Counted from the first letter of the stretch, positions 34,871-47,800 are shown. The stretch is 64,000 nucleotides of DNA from Selaginella moellendorffii (GCF_000143415.4 NW_003314299.1:606229-670228), one strand, 5' to 3'. A program made the numbers and translations. Notes: generated by a model from the sequence alone, not told the origin.

Positions 34871-36101
34871 ATGGGAGGCCCATCGACGAACAATGTGGAC
34901 GTGGGATTTCCCTTTGTAGACTCGTCCGGCTTGGGTATGACGTACGCAGGCTTCTCCAAGCTCAAGCAGGAGCTCCCTGCTAGTCTCGTCACTGCCGCGG
35001 GCCACTCGAGCTCTCGTCCGCCATGGACGATACCTCCTCTCGCCCCTGGCTGTACAGCAGCGCAAGCCACTTCCACCGCCGCATTCCCAGAGCTCGCGGC
35101 AGCATCGTCGCAGCACGGCCAGTTCGTCACAAAGCAGGATCACGTCTCCTCTCTACTGCACGCTAGCGGTGGTGGTTCTTCCGCTCCTGGCCGCTTCCAC
35201 GATCTACACGGCTCCTCCTCGCCCTTCTCGACACTCCCTTACGATCTCTACAAGTCTGGGGCGCTAGCTTCCTCGTCGAGCGGCTATGGAGTGGGGTTGA
35301 GCTACAAGGACCGTGGCAGGCACCACTACCCTCTGCAGTACAATGGGGGGTCCCTTGTTCTGGATCACAACCGGAGCGAGCTTATCAATCTGTCGAAGAT
35401 GACCCCGCAAGAGATAATTGATGCAAAGGCTCTGGCAGCATCCAAGAGCCACAGCGAAGCGGAGCGAAGGAGACGTGAGCGAATAAACAACCATCTCAAC
35501 ACTTTGCGGGGCCTTCTCCCGAGCACCACCAAGGTAGTATGGTCTTCGCTTTCGTTGTCGTTCGTACTGTTGCTGCTGTGAAAGCAAAAAGCTCACGGCT
35601 TGGTGTTTTGCTGCGCAGACAGACAAAGCGTCGCTGCTGGCCGAGGTGATCGAGCACGTCAAAGATCTCAAGCGACAGGCAGCGGAGATCGCCGAGGGCG
35701 GGCCGGTCCCGACGGACGTGGACGAGCTCAAGGTGGACACAGACGCGTCCAGCAGCGATGGCAACTTCGTGCTCAAGGCGTCGCTGTGCTGCGAGGACCG
35801 CCCCGACCTCCTCTCGGATCTCACCAAGGCGCTGCGGACGCTCAAGCTCAGGACGCTCAAGGCCGAGATCGCGACGCTGGGTGGGCGCGTCAAGAATGTG
35901 ATCCTCATCGGCAAGGACCACAGCGACGAACAAGGCGGCGCCGCCATGGAATCCAGCAGTGATGGGACCGGTGACCGGCCGAGTGTGAGCTGCGTCCAAG
36001 AGGCACTGAGGGCAGTGATCGAGCGATCTAGCGAGCTCTCGACGTCGGCCTACGGCTCTAGCAAGCGCCAGAAGATGGGCTCATCCTCCTCGTCCTACTA
36101 A
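34871..36101 (+). CDS. bHLH subgroup Vb transcription factor (TMO5/T5L-like) with ACT-like C-terminal domain
   Basis: KMTPQEIIDAKALAASKSHSEAERRRRERINNHL...TTK/TDKASLLAEVIEHVKDLKRQ...PVPTDVDELKV and ASLCCEDRPDLL...KAEIATLGGRVKNV. One intron at ~35534-35618. TATA (CTATATAA) at ~34141. Confidence 0.9.
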
Positions 36102-36486
36102 ATAACGGTGATCGATCCGAGCTCTATAGATCTCTCTCGAGACAAAGGTATGTTTCGTGTTGGTTGCTTCCGTTGTCTTCTGGTGTGATCGTGTATCTCC
36201 TTGTTATTCTCTTCCCTTTCTTTTGCTTTTCTTTCGTCCTGGCTCCTCTCCTTCCTTTCGGTTTTGTATTGCTTTGTGGTGTTTTGTGTTGGTATTTGAA
36301 TAAGCGTTTCTGGGTATATGCGTGGCATTCCATCATGGTTGCCAGCACTGCTTTATATTCTTTTTTTGTTTTTCTCTAAAAAGATGAAGTTGACTAGAGC
36401 TCTATGGTTTTTTACCGACGTGGCCCCCGCGTGGATTAAAGTAGCGTCCACGTGGATCGTATATTTTGTGCCACGTAGCCAAACGC

Positions 36487-38562
36487 TTAGGGCTCTTCAT
36501 CTTCTTCCTCTTCCACTCGGCCCACATCGAAGTAGAGGTTGGCGAGGAGGATGTAGAGTCCAGCAGGGTCGCCACGCTCCAGTGCGATCGCTTGCACGGC
36601 GGCATTGACTGCAAGCTCTGTGTTCTTGTGGATCCGGCATGCTGCCAGCAGCGTCGTCCAGACGATCACAGTGGGCTCGAATGGCATTGCTGCGATGAGC
36701 TCCTCCGCCTCGTCAAGGTAGCCCAGGCGTCCCAGGAGATCAACGATGCAAACGTAGTGCGTCACATCATGCGTGATCCGGTAATCGGACCTCACCGCCA
36801 CGAATTGGCTCCAGCACTCGCGGCGCAGACCAGCGTGAGCACAGATCGAGAGTACGCTCGTGAAAGTGATCTGATCCGGCTGGATACCCTCGAGAGTCAT
36901 CAACGCTAAGAGATCCAAAGTTTCTCTGCAATGCCCATTCTGGGCATATGCGGCGAGTAGCGCATTCCAAGAGATCCTGTTTCTACGAGGAATATCACGG
37001 AAAACCGAAAGGGCGGAACCGAGTCTCCCACACTTGCCATATACGTTGATGATCGCATTGCCGACCTTGGCATCCACTGCGAATATGCCCGTGTCGATGG
37101 ACCGGCGATGGAGCTGGCGGCCCTCGGGGAGCGCCGAGACGGCCACGCACGCGTCCAGCGCGCTCACGAAGGTTACCTCGTTCGGCGGGATGCCCTCAAG
37201 GTCCATCTTTCGAAGAATCTTGAGAGATTCCCTGCCATGCCCTTGTTGGGCATATGCGGAGATTAGCGTTGTCCAAGAAATAACGTTTCTCACGGGCATC
37301 TGCTCGAAGATCTCCAGCGCCGTCTCCATTCGGCTGCACTTCGTGTAGAGCGAGAGAAGCGCATTACCGATCTTGAGGCCGAGCGTTGACCGTGAGCCAT
37401 GGACCAACCGTTGACCATTGACCGTGCAATGCTGGATGGCGAGCTTCTGGATGTCCTCGCCCTCGACTAAGGCTCCGGCGTTGGCGCAAGCGTCGATGAC
37501 CGTGACAAAAGTGCCCTCGTCCGGCACCACATTTCTCCGGAGCATCAAACCAAAGATCTCCAAAACATCCTGGAAATGCCCGGCTTGGGAGTACGACATG
37601 ATCATACAGTTCCACGAGACGAGGTTCTTGTCGGGCATCTCGTCAAACACGCGCCTTGCTTGACCAAGATCCCCAGTTGCGGCATATGCGACCAAGAGTG
37701 TAGTCCACGCGACCACGTCCCGAACGGGCAGCGAGTTAAACACCAACCTGGCCTCTCCTACCGCGCCACACTTTCCGTACATGTCCATGACCGCGTTGCC
37801 CACTTTGGTCTCGGCCCAGAACTGGCGGGCTCGTACGTGCATTTGCCGCCCCTCGGAAAGCAGCCTGGTCTCCGCGCAAGCGGCCAGGGCGCACAGTACG
37901 GTCACGTGGTCGGGCCGCAACCCCTCCAGCTCCATTGTACGGAATGTCCGTATCGCATCCCTGCCGTGCCCAGATTGGGCATATGCCGCGACCATCGTGT
38001 TCCAGGAGACCACATCTCTCTCTTTCATGGAGTGGAAGATTCTCTTGGCTGAGCGTATATCCCCGTTCTGGGAATATGCCGTGATCATGGCGTTCCACGA
38101 GACGGTATCTCTGTCTGGCATGAAATCGAAGATCTCTTTTGCCTTTCGCAGATGCCCGTTTTGGGCATATGCCGAGATCATGGCGTTTGATCCGATGACG
38201 CTGAATTGGGGCCGGCGGTCGAAGAGGTCTTGCGCGCTCTGGAGATTCCCATTCTCGAGGAACGCAACGATGATGAGATTCCAGGAGTAGATGTTTTGGG
38301 TGTGGATGCTGGCGAATGCGCGCTGCGCCTCTGCGATGCAGCCGCATTTGCCATACATCTGGATGAGGAGGTGACCGAGGAATCGGCTCCCTTCTAGGCT
38401 TAGTTCCACGATTCTCTTGTGGATTTGTTTGCCCTGGGATAGATCCCTCGTCTTGATGCATTGCCGAAGGAGTGGCGCGAGCTCGCGCTCCAAATCTTCT
38501 CGGTGGCGAAGAGGAGGATTAGCGACAGAAGCTTGGCTCATGAAACGGAGCGCCTGGCGCAT
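36487..38562 (-). CDS. PLS-class PPR protein with E domain, no DYW
   Basis: 691-aa intronless ORF with P/L/S repeats. MPFEPTVIVWTTLLAACRIH (E1) and YILLANLY (E2), followed by the stop. Confidence 0.92.
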   Translation of the reverse strand: MRQALRFMSQASVANPPLRHREDLERELAPLLRQCIKTRDLSQGKQIHKRIVELSLEGSRFLGHLLIQMYGKCGCIAEAQRAFASIHTQNIYSWNLIIVAFLENGNLQSAQDLFDRRPQFSVIGSNAMISAYAQNGHLRKAKEIFDFMPDRDTVSWNAMITAYSQNGDIRSAKRIFHSMKERDVVSWNTMVAAYAQSGHGRDAIRTFRTMELEGLRPDHVTVLCALAACAETRLLSEGRQMHVRARQFWAETKVGNAVMDMYGKCGAVGEARLVFNSLPVRDVVAWTTLLVAYAATGDLGQARRVFDEMPDKNLVSWNCMIMSYSQAGHFQDVLEIFGLMLRRNVVPDEGTFVTVIDACANAGALVEGEDIQKLAIQHCTVNGQRLVHGSRSTLGLKIGNALLSLYTKCSRMETALEIFEQMPVRNVISWTTLISAYAQQGHGRESLKILRKMDLEGIPPNEVTFVSALDACVAVSALPEGRQLHRRSIDTGIFAVDAKVGNAIINVYGKCGRLGSALSVFRDIPRRNRISWNALLAAYAQNGHCRETLDLLALMTLEGIQPDQITFTSVLSICAHAGLRRECWSQFVAVRSDYRITHDVTHYVCIVDLLGRLGYLDEAEELIAAMPFEPTVIVWTTLLAACRIHKNTELAVNAAVQAIALERGDPAGLYILLANLYFDVGRVEEEEDEEP

Positions 38563-38686
38563 CTAATGGATGTGGCCATCGTTCTCATTCATCGCGTCGT
38601 TCCCTCCTCTTAATCTTTGACTGGGCTGCTAGGAAGATGACCGTTGACTAGAACTGACCGTTATAAACATAGTTTAGGGTTCTTCT

Positions 38687-40276
38687 ATGAACGAGCAGAT
38701 AGAGGAGCTCTTGGGAGCGCCAGATTCGGCAACATACGCTGCTTTGCTCCAGAGATTTGGCGCCGCGAAGCGATTGGCGGAGGGGCAGCGAGTTCACTTC
38801 CACATTTGCGAGCGCGGCTACGATGGCGACACATTTCTGGGCAATCTTATCGCGCAGATGTATGGGCGATGCGGGGAGGCGTCCCAGGCGCGACGAGCCT
38901 TTGATCGGATCAAGCGGCCGGATCTCTTCTCGTGGAACATCATGCTCCAGGCATACTCCCAGTGTGGGGAGATTGACAACGCGCAGCTCGTCTTCGATTC
39001 TATGCCGGAGAAGAATGTGATTTCGTGGAACGCAATGCTGAGCGCATTCTCGCGGCATGGGATGGTCACGGAGGCTGAAGAACTCTTCGATCGATTGCCT
39101 GATCGAAATACCGTGTCTTGGAACGCTATGCTTTCAGCATATGCCACAAATGGGCATTTGGAGAAGGCAAAGCTTTTCTTTGGTTTGATCCCTTTTCCTT
39201 TGAAAAACGTTGTGACATGGAATGCGATGGTGGCGGCTTTTGCTCAAAGCGGAAGAAAGATAGATGCTCTTGCAATGTTTTGGGCGATGAATGTGGAGGG
39301 AGTTAAAGCGAATGCTGTGACTTTCATCAGTGTCTTGGAGGCGTGCGTCGATCTAGCAGTAGGAAAAATGCTTCACGCTGTTATTCTCAATGCAGGATTG
39401 GATTCGGATTTCAAAGTGAAGAACGCTCTCCTGAACATGCATGGGAAGTGCGGCGATGTGGATGGAGCAAAACGTTTGTTTGATGGTCTCTCGAATCCAA
39501 ACGTTATCTCATGGACTGCAATGATCGGAGCATACGTCCAAAGTGCTCATCTTGATCAAGCCATTGCCATGTTTAGCGGTGCTCCGGAAAAATCCGTTGT
39601 CACCTGGAACACCGTAATCGCTGGGTATGCCCAAAACGGGCATCCCAACGATGCCATCCTCGTATTCAAGACGATGGATCTTGAAGGGGAGGCTCCAAAC
39701 TCCGTGAGCTTTGTATGTGTACTGAACGCCTGCTCGAACATACCATCTCTTTCACAAATCAAAACCATCCACGAAGTTGCAATCGAGTGTAATCTCCACA
39801 AGACCACCGCTGTTGCAACCGCCCTGGTCACCACGTATGGTAAATGCGGCAGCGTTGAGAAAGCGTGGAGCTCGTTTATAGACATGCCTCGCAAGGACTT
39901 GGTGGCCTGGTCTGCGATGGTCAGGACATATGCCCAAAACGGGCATACCGCCAGGACTTTGGAGACTTTCCATTCCATGCTACAGCACGGTATACAGCCT
40001 GACGACGTTGTGCTTGTGAGCGTGCTGGCGGCATGCAGCCACGCCGGCGAGCTGCATCTCGGCTTGCAATGCTTTCGCTCGCTCACTGGCGACTACGGCC
40101 ACAAAATACCGTGCAAGGATCACTACTTGTGCCTCGTGGATCTCGTTTGCCGCTCCGGTGACCTTGGAAGCACGGTGTCACTGATTGAGGCGGTGGAGCT
40201 GGAGGCTGGGGTGTCGATCTTCCAGACTACTGGAAATTTGGGGGAAATCCAGTTTGAGTTCGAGACGGCAGCATGA
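38687..40276 (+). CDS. PLS-class PPR protein, C-terminally truncated (no complete E/DYW)
   Basis: 529-aa intronless ORF with tandem S motifs (NVISWNAMLSAF). It ends shortly after HYLCLVDLVCRSG. Confidence 0.88.
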   Translation: MNEQIEELLGAPDSATYAALLQRFGAAKRLAEGQRVHFHICERGYDGDTFLGNLIAQMYGRCGEASQARRAFDRIKRPDLFSWNIMLQAYSQCGEIDNAQLVFDSMPEKNVISWNAMLSAFSRHGMVTEAEELFDRLPDRNTVSWNAMLSAYATNGHLEKAKLFFGLIPFPLKNVVTWNAMVAAFAQSGRKIDALAMFWAMNVEGVKANAVTFISVLEACVDLAVGKMLHAVILNAGLDSDFKVKNALLNMHGKCGDVDGAKRLFDGLSNPNVISWTAMIGAYVQSAHLDQAIAMFSGAPEKSVVTWNTVIAGYAQNGHPNDAILVFKTMDLEGEAPNSVSFVCVLNACSNIPSLSQIKTIHEVAIECNLHKTTAVATALVTTYGKCGSVEKAWSSFIDMPRKDLVAWSAMVRTYAQNGHTARTLETFHSMLQHGIQPDDVVLVSVLAACSHAGELHLGLQCFRSLTGDYGHKIPCKDHYLCLVDLVCRSGDLGSTVSLIEAVELEAGVSIFQTTGNLGEIQFEFETAA

Positions 40277-41215
40277 GGAAAGTCGAAGAATCCGGAGGAA
40301 TTCGGCGGTCAACGGTTGGTGCGGACTTTGACCAAGCAGTCCACCCCAAGTCAAAAGGTGGAATATATCCTGGCATCGTATCCACGCACCACCGACAGAC
40401 AAGCAGGGATTAAGGCCATGCCCTGACGTGGACGCCACCAACAACAACATGCCCTTAGAAGAGAGTTGTACGTTAGGCCGTGTCGGTCTGTCCGAGGATA
40501 AAAAGCAAAGCACTAAAACAATGCCAACCGAACAAATTATTTGACCCTTGCTAGCATTGCTGGAAAGGAAGTACGGGCGAAATTTGTACGGCGGACGCCT
40601 CGCAAAGATTGCGGCACACAGGCACCACCGCCACAAGAAGGGATCTCCCAACAAGTGGTGGAGAATAATCAAGCTGACGGGGTCCCCGCCGTTGGATTTG
40701 CCACATGGGCGCATCGCGGCCGTTGGGAGCGCTTGCCCTAAGGGATAATGGCTGACAATGACGAGTTTCCAAATTACATCCAAATGATTAGGGCACGCAC
40801 AATGCCACGTGTTATCCAGGCAAGATCCTTCTCCGGCTCGTATTCTCGTTTCGTGGGGAAGGACGTGAGGAGCTCCGGCGCGGCGCTCTCTCGGTGATGG
40901 CGGCATTCGATCGCCTGGTCGGTGTGCTTGGAATTCGCCTCGATTCGCGTCGCGGCGTGGGATTCTGGCGATAGTCTCCCGCATTCGCAGCTCCTGGATG
41001 CGAAATATCGTCGCGGGAGGGGCGCATTTCGCAGCGGGGGCGTGGATTCGAGCGCTGGGAGCTGCAATGCGAGGTAACTCGCCGATCTTTCTCTCGCATT
41101 CTCGATATTTCGTCCGAATGCCGGCGGCTTCTTTGGTCTTGGCAGGGTACGAGAATGCGTAGGGGCTTTTGGATTGGATTGGGATCGCGTTTGATCGTGA
41201 CTTAGGCTCGGCTGG

Positions 41216-42961
41216 ATGAAGGTAAGATATAAGGATTTTGAGATTTTCTCCACAAAGCGAGCGAGCACTCATGGTTTTCTTCTTTTAAAAAATCTATCCT
41301 CTGGGCAGAATACTGACACGAGAAGTGACACGTTTTGGCAATATCCCTGGGATTCTAAAGAGGAATCGTCCGCTCTAATGCATTTGGATAGTGTGGAGGC
41401 CGCCGTTGGATCATCAAACTTTGCCGCTGCTCGAGACGATATGGCGTCGTGGCTACACTTGGACGACCCGAATTGTGGCACTCAGCTCTTTGCTGGTGCC
41501 GGGGGCTCCGCAGATCGACCATGCTCGTCGCTACAAGTTTTCCGAGATCCCCGGATCCAGCAAAGTTTCGGGACAGATCTCCAGAAGCAGTCGAGAGGCA
41601 ACAATGCTGATGCCGCTCTCGCGCTAGCCGCTGGACGAGCGGCGGGCTTTGTGCCTCAAACTGGCGGTGTGCAAACGTTTAACAAGTCGAGAACAGTGTG
41701 CCAGCCATTGACAACTCGGCCTCACTCAACTCAAGCAAGGCCACCATTCCAGGATCCATCAAGTTTCCCGAGCTCGTCCTCGTCTCAGCCTCTAGTCGGG
41801 AGCTTCCCCCAGTTTTCTTTGTCCGCGGCAACGACGTCTACACGGGTCGCGGCAAAGGCATGGAAAGCTCAGGAAGCTATTTCTTTGGAATCGGACAGGA
41901 GTACGTTGGAGTGTAGAAGTTGTAGGCCGAGCGACGAGAATGCGCCAAGTGAGACGGATATCACAGGTTCGGATATGAACTGCAGCTACGATACAAAGAA
42001 CTCTGGCAGGACTTTGGGGAATGCAAATGATAGTTCCTTCACAGCTACCACGGGTGGATCACGGAGCGATAAGACCGACAGGGACTGCAAAAGAGTAGAC
42101 GTCGAGGACACGGCGGGGTGTCAAATTAGAGTAAGCGTTTCTGTCATTCATTCATGTTGGTGTTTTTAATGCTTTTCTTATGATCTGATAGAGGGACAAG
42201 AAGCCTCCCAAGGGGTCCAAAAGAAGTAGAGCAGCAGAAGTTCACAATCTCTCTGAGCGGGTATTTTGGAAGTTCTCAAGTTGTGATGGATTCTATTTTG
42301 ATTCTTCTTTTCTAATTCTTTGTTCATGTGGCAACAGAAGCGGAGGGACAGGATAAACGAGAGAATGAAAGCTTTACAGGAACTGATACCAAACTCTAAC
42401 AAGGTGAGGAAGAGACTCTAATGGTTTTTCTAAAACCACTGTTTCTTTTTCTCTTTTGTTTTAGACTGACAAGGCGTCCATGTTGGACGAGGCGATTGAG
42501 TACCTTAAGTTACTTCAACATCAACTACAGGTGGTCTGTCCAATTTCGTGGCTCGACTCTAAAAGTGCTTTTCCGTTTGTGCCAGATGATGTCCATGAGA
42601 AGCGGGATGATGTTCCCAATGGTTCCTCCCGTTTCATCACCGTACGGTGTGGGAGTACGCCTGGTAGACGTGGCCGGGCACCATTTCCCACAGCATCCGG
42701 GACTCCATTTCAATGCTGGAGCTCCTCCCACGAATGCTCAATTCCCGCAGGTCTGTCTTCGCTTTTCAGAGCTTTTCTAAAGCGTAGCACTAACGCGCGC
42801 GTGACATCCAGGGAGTGAGCACCGATTTGTACAATGCGCACTTGATGACCCACCATCAACAGCAACTCCAGATCCAAATTCAGCAACAGCAGCAGCAGCA
42901 GCAGCAGCAAAACCTGCAGCAAAGTTCTTCCCAGCTGCAAAAGCCCGAGAGGCATCAATGA
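41216..42961 (+). CDS. PIF-like bHLH (subgroup VII) transcription factor; start uncertain
   Basis: DDMASWLH, ALALAAGRAAG, RSRAAEVHNLSER/KRRDRINERMKALQELIPNSNK/TDKASMLDEAIEYLKLLQHQLQ/MMSM, poly-Q tail, TGA at 42959-42961. Confidence 0.85.
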
Positions 42962-43193
42962 GAAATCATGAAGATTCGAAGGCTTCATTCTTGTTTTCCA
43001 GCCAAATCCAGGATAAAATGGCTGGAATCCCATCCATACCGAAGAACGAAGAACAAGCGAAAGACCGCTTGCTTTGCTCGTTTTGTGCTCGTTTGCTTTG
43101 TACAGCGCAAAGTTTTGTCACGTTATAAAGAACAAAAGTAACTACCAATCGTGGTTATAGTTTTTAGGGCAGAGAAAGAGGAGGGAAATTTCT

Positions 43194-44429
43194 ATGGTGC
43201 TCTTGCATTTCAAGCAGGGCGATGATCGCCAGTTCTTGTTCGAGGCGCCCGGCGCCGAGTGCGTCGATGCGATCGTCAGGGATGTCGTCGCCGTGAATAA
43301 TCTCCAGCTCCGGATTCTCCATCTGGTCCAGGAATGCGGGCAGCTGCTGGAGTATGGGCCGATCAAATCCAAGGAGGAGCAAGAACAAGACGAGGAGGAG
43401 GAAGACGAGGGTAATTCCACTGGCGCCAGTAGCTCTTCTTCTCGTAAGGAAAGAGGGCCGTTCTACAAGAAGGATCCAAGCGGTCGTCGGACTGGAGAAG
43501 GTAAATTTTAGATTGTTCCTTGATCTTTCTTTCATGTTACGTGATTATATTATTTCTCAAAGCTTGCGATCCCAATGTGGGTGAGACGCTCAAGAGAACG
43601 CTATCGGACGCAGAGACTAGCGTTTCGAAAGTAAGTGATTGCCACATTTTAGTTTTTTTCTTTGATCAGTGATCCATATCTTCTTTTCTTCTTAGGATCA
43701 AGTGCTTTACAAAGTCCCGCTGTCCAGTTTTTTCCTCAAGGAGATGATCCAGAACATCAAAGGCGCTGTGATGATCTGCTATCCGCAGGGACTTCCCAGG
43801 CACGACCCTGTGCAGCAGCAACTTACTGGAACTTTTGAAGGTAAGTATACCAGTTCTTTTCTGTCACCATCTTGCTAAGATTTTTCTTAAGCCAGGCATG
43901 GAAACTTTAAATCCGGCTACTGCGCAGCTATGGTGGGCAGGAAAAGAGCTCATGCGTGACAAAAGACTTGCGGATTACGTCGGGAAGAATGACAAGACAA
44001 AGGTTGGAAGTTTTCTTTGATAGTACATTGACCTGACGTCCTTTTGTTTATTTTTGTGTATAAAGATCATTGCCAAGCTTCAAGAAAGAGGCCGTGGGGC
44101 TCCTATGCGTGAGCCTGTAAGCTCTTTATTTTTCTCGGCATTGTTTCACTGTTTAATTGTTCTGTTTTTTTTCTTGAGAAGCCAGTAGATGCGGAGACTC
44201 AAAAGGCCATGATGTCTTGGTACTACAAAAGGCAGCAAGAAGAAAAGGTCATTGGCTTCTATTATTTACGCTTTCCTTGGCCTGCAATAGCTGACTTTCT
44301 ATTCTCGCAAACGCTGCTTTGCAGACTCTAAAAGAGAACACAGACGACTCCTACACAAACTCTGAGTGGGCGAATCCACAAGCTCTGAAAGCTCACTTCC
44401 ACGGGACGAGCAACATTCGATTCAGATAA
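43194..44429 (+). CDS. CFAP298: Cilia- and flagella-associated protein 298 (C21orf59/FBB18 family)
   Basis: MVLLHFKQGDDRQFLFE, KDPSGRRTG, GAVMICYPQGLPRHDPV, AQLWWAGKEL...LADYVGKNDKTKIIAKLQ..GAPMREP, QKAMMSWYYKRQQEEK and DDSYTNSEWANPQALKAHFHG. Confidence 0.9.
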
Positions 44430-44804
44430 ATAAGTAATAGTGAGCAAATTGACCTTATTTCCAATAGTGTCCGTCGCTAACGACTGTTGATTAGCCACTT
44501 GGACGCATTTAACGACGTAAAATGTGACAATTTGGACAAACAGCTTCTGAACAAAATATAATGTACGTAACCAAAAGTTTCACTAGCTACGAGCTTACAT
44601 CATTGCTTCTGTTCTTGTGCTGAATTTGTCACCAGTGTTATGCATGCTTTCGTCCTCTGAGATGCCAAGGCACACCGGACAACTTCGCTAAAACAAAAAT
44701 AGGACGCGGCCATTAGGACAACTCTCGCGTGACAGAGTGTCGTAGGAGGAAGTCTAGATCCAGAGAAACCGAGGCTTTTTAGCTAGCAGGGCGGACGATG
44801 ATAG

Positions 44805-47800
44805 ATGATGGCATCAAAAAAACGTTCTCACAACTTTGCGGCGGCACGAACACCAGCTCAAATCGAAAAAATCGTCCTCTCCACCGTCGGGAGCTATATC
44901 TTGGATCAGTTGCTGGACAGCGATCGACGAGCCGAGCACAAGAAGCTTTGCACGGAAGCACTGGTGCAACACAGCGACAACGAAGGAGGCTATGTCGACT
45001 ATGCCGAGCAAGCGGTGCTGGCGAACCTGGACTGGGGGATCGAGGCAGTGGAGGAAGCGATACGAACTCCACACGAGGAGACGAAGAGCGCGAGGCTGCA
45101 GCACGCCGAGAAGATGCTACAAGTTTGTGCGCTGCTCGACGTGAGAAGTGAGATAGCAGGGATTCCAGGGACGTATCTATCGGCTTGGGGATCGCTTATT
45201 CTCTCCTACGTGTGGAAGCTACGGAACGATGACCGGAAGGCTGCCGTTTGCGTGCTCGATATGTTCCTGGTGGATCCTCGGTCGGCTAGACTCAAGTTTG
45301 CCCCTCAGCTATGGGACCAGTTGTTCCAGCCTCATCTTACAAGCATCAAAGGGTGGTATTCTCTTCAACGACATCGTATCAAGATGGCCGAGTCCGACGA
45401 CGTTTCTTACTCGTTCCAGTCGAGAGAGGAAGACGGAGAAGAGGATTTGCTGACTCTGGAACAAAAAGAGCAGCTGGAAGGGGTCGAGGGGCTTTACCAG
45501 GCTAGTCTGGACGATCACACACGGGAGTTTGCACAGTATTACAAGGACTGGCTAACTCTCACGGCCGATTCTCTGAAGAAGCGCGTTCCTCCACTTATGC
45601 CGATCGCGGAACCACCAATGACACCCGTTCACGAGCTCGCAATCTTCAATCGGAAGAATGTCGAGAACCAAAGGTAGTGAAGTACGTTGGCATTATAAGT
45701 TTCTAACATGTGTTTCTTTTGCAGCCTGAAAACTTATGAAAGTTGTACTTTAAGCAGTGATAATACACAACCAGAGGTTGAGAATGTTAAAAGCAACAAA
45801 GCAGACGGTAGCGATGAAGTTTTCAATCACATATCTATGGAAACTAAGAGCTCTCCTTCGACGAGGTACTACGAATATGAAGTTATTGATTGTGGCCCCC
45901 TTACTCGATTGCATTGCAGCTTATTTGCAAGTACGCCTCCCAAAGATTTTGTCTGTCCAATCACGAACCAGATATTTGACGACCCTGTCACTTTGGAAAC
46001 TGGCCAAACTTACGAGAGAAAGGCCATCAAGGAGTGGCTAAGTCGGGGAAATGTAACCTGTCCCATGAGCCGGCAACCTCTGATCAAGGTAGCACTTCCT
46101 AGAACAAACTATATTCTCAAAAGGTTGATATCGGACTGGAAAGCAGAGTCAACTCAGTTTTCTATAAAGGATTCCCCTCAGACTACGAACAACGATTACT
46201 TTCCCACGTCTTCAGGCAGTTTGACAGATGCAGGACTGACGGGGTTAGAGAAACTAAAGATGTCTTTGGAGACTCTTAGCAGACTGGATAATCTTACTGA
46301 TTGCGAAGCAGCGGTGCGGACAATCTGTCGGGTCTGGGAGGAAGTCCACGGAGACGAAGACGTCACTGTCCTGCTCACGGAACCGAGAGTTATCGACGGT
46401 CTCATGGAAACTATATGCAAGTCGAGTTCGGTGGAGGTTCAAAAGGAAGCAGTACACATTCTAATTGAACTAGTTCACAGGGATGAGCACACAAGGCAGA
46501 CCATCTTGACTATAGACCCAGGCCTCCAACGCATGCAAAAGTTCTTGAAAGAAGGTTTAGTCAACTTGAAAGTGTTGCTGCTTCAGCTGAGGCCTTTTCT
46601 TCCCGACATTGCGATGGCCGATTTTCTACCGCACTTGGTAGCTGTCATCAAGCAAAGCAGGGAGTCGACAATTAGCGATGTTTTCTTCCAGAGCAGCATC
46701 AAACCGAAGGCCGCTGCAGTCACAATGCTTGAGCATGTACTCTCGAGCATGGAACTGGAAAGGAACTCTGTAAACATCAAGACGCTCGTCTCTTTGACAG
46801 CGGTTCCAGCTCTCATCGAAAGCCTGAACACGAAGGATAAAAAGGAAAGAGTAGCTGCGGTGTCGATATTACTCAGGTGTGTGCGAGCCAACGAGGACGC
46901 TAGAACTTTCGTCTCTCAAGCCGATCACTTAACTTTGGTGCTGAAAGTTCTCCACAGTGCCGATAAAGCGGCAAGGGCAAGAACTATTGCGCTCCTTATG
47001 GAACTTGTTCGATCATACAAGTAAGCTTTTCGCTCAATCAATATACATTAACACAAAACCATGACAGGAAAACATCTCGTCTACAAATTCTCGGGCTTAT
47101 AAAAACTGAAGGTTGTGTGAGCAGCATGCACGCACTTCTGATGCACCTCCAAGTTGCACCACTGGAGCAGCAAATACTTACAGCAGGCCTTCTAATGCAG
47201 CTAGATTTACTGGTAAAAGAATGCAAGTTTGAGCGTTTTTGGTTTCTAACGTGTTTTAATAACGCAGGGAGAGCCTCGGAAAGATAGCGTGTACACGGAA
47301 GAAGCAATGGACACACTACTTAAGGCAATAAAGAACAAAGATCGGCTATCTTTGCAAGTGGAAGCAGCTCGTACTATCATATGCATAGTCGGGAGATTTT
47401 CTTCTTCGGGTAAACCAGTGCTGAGATCCTGGCTTATAAAAGCGTCGAAAACAAAGCCAACTAAAAATTATCAGCAGGTAACGTTTGTAATTCCCGACTG
47501 AGTGGCCGATTACCGACTTACAGGATGACTGGGACAAGAAAGTTGCGAGAGCTCTGCTGGACTATGAGAATGGAACTTTGCTGGAAGTGCTAGCTGAGAA
47601 TGTACTTGACGAGGCATTGGAGCTTGCGACACCCTGCATAACAATCGCGACGTGGTTACTCTACATGGCACGTGAACTACCTGAAACGGGACTCTGGATT
47701 CAAGCTCGCAAACTCTTACTGCCCCGATACATAACTTTGCTACAATCTGACGCTCATCGAGTCCTCGCAGCTCTTGCTTTGTATAGTTTTCTAACGGACA

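Noticed and set aside
40178-41272. 364-aa minus-strand ORF
   Set aside because: No recognisable domain. It is antisense to the GC-rich 5' region of the PIF-like gene and overlaps the PPR end.
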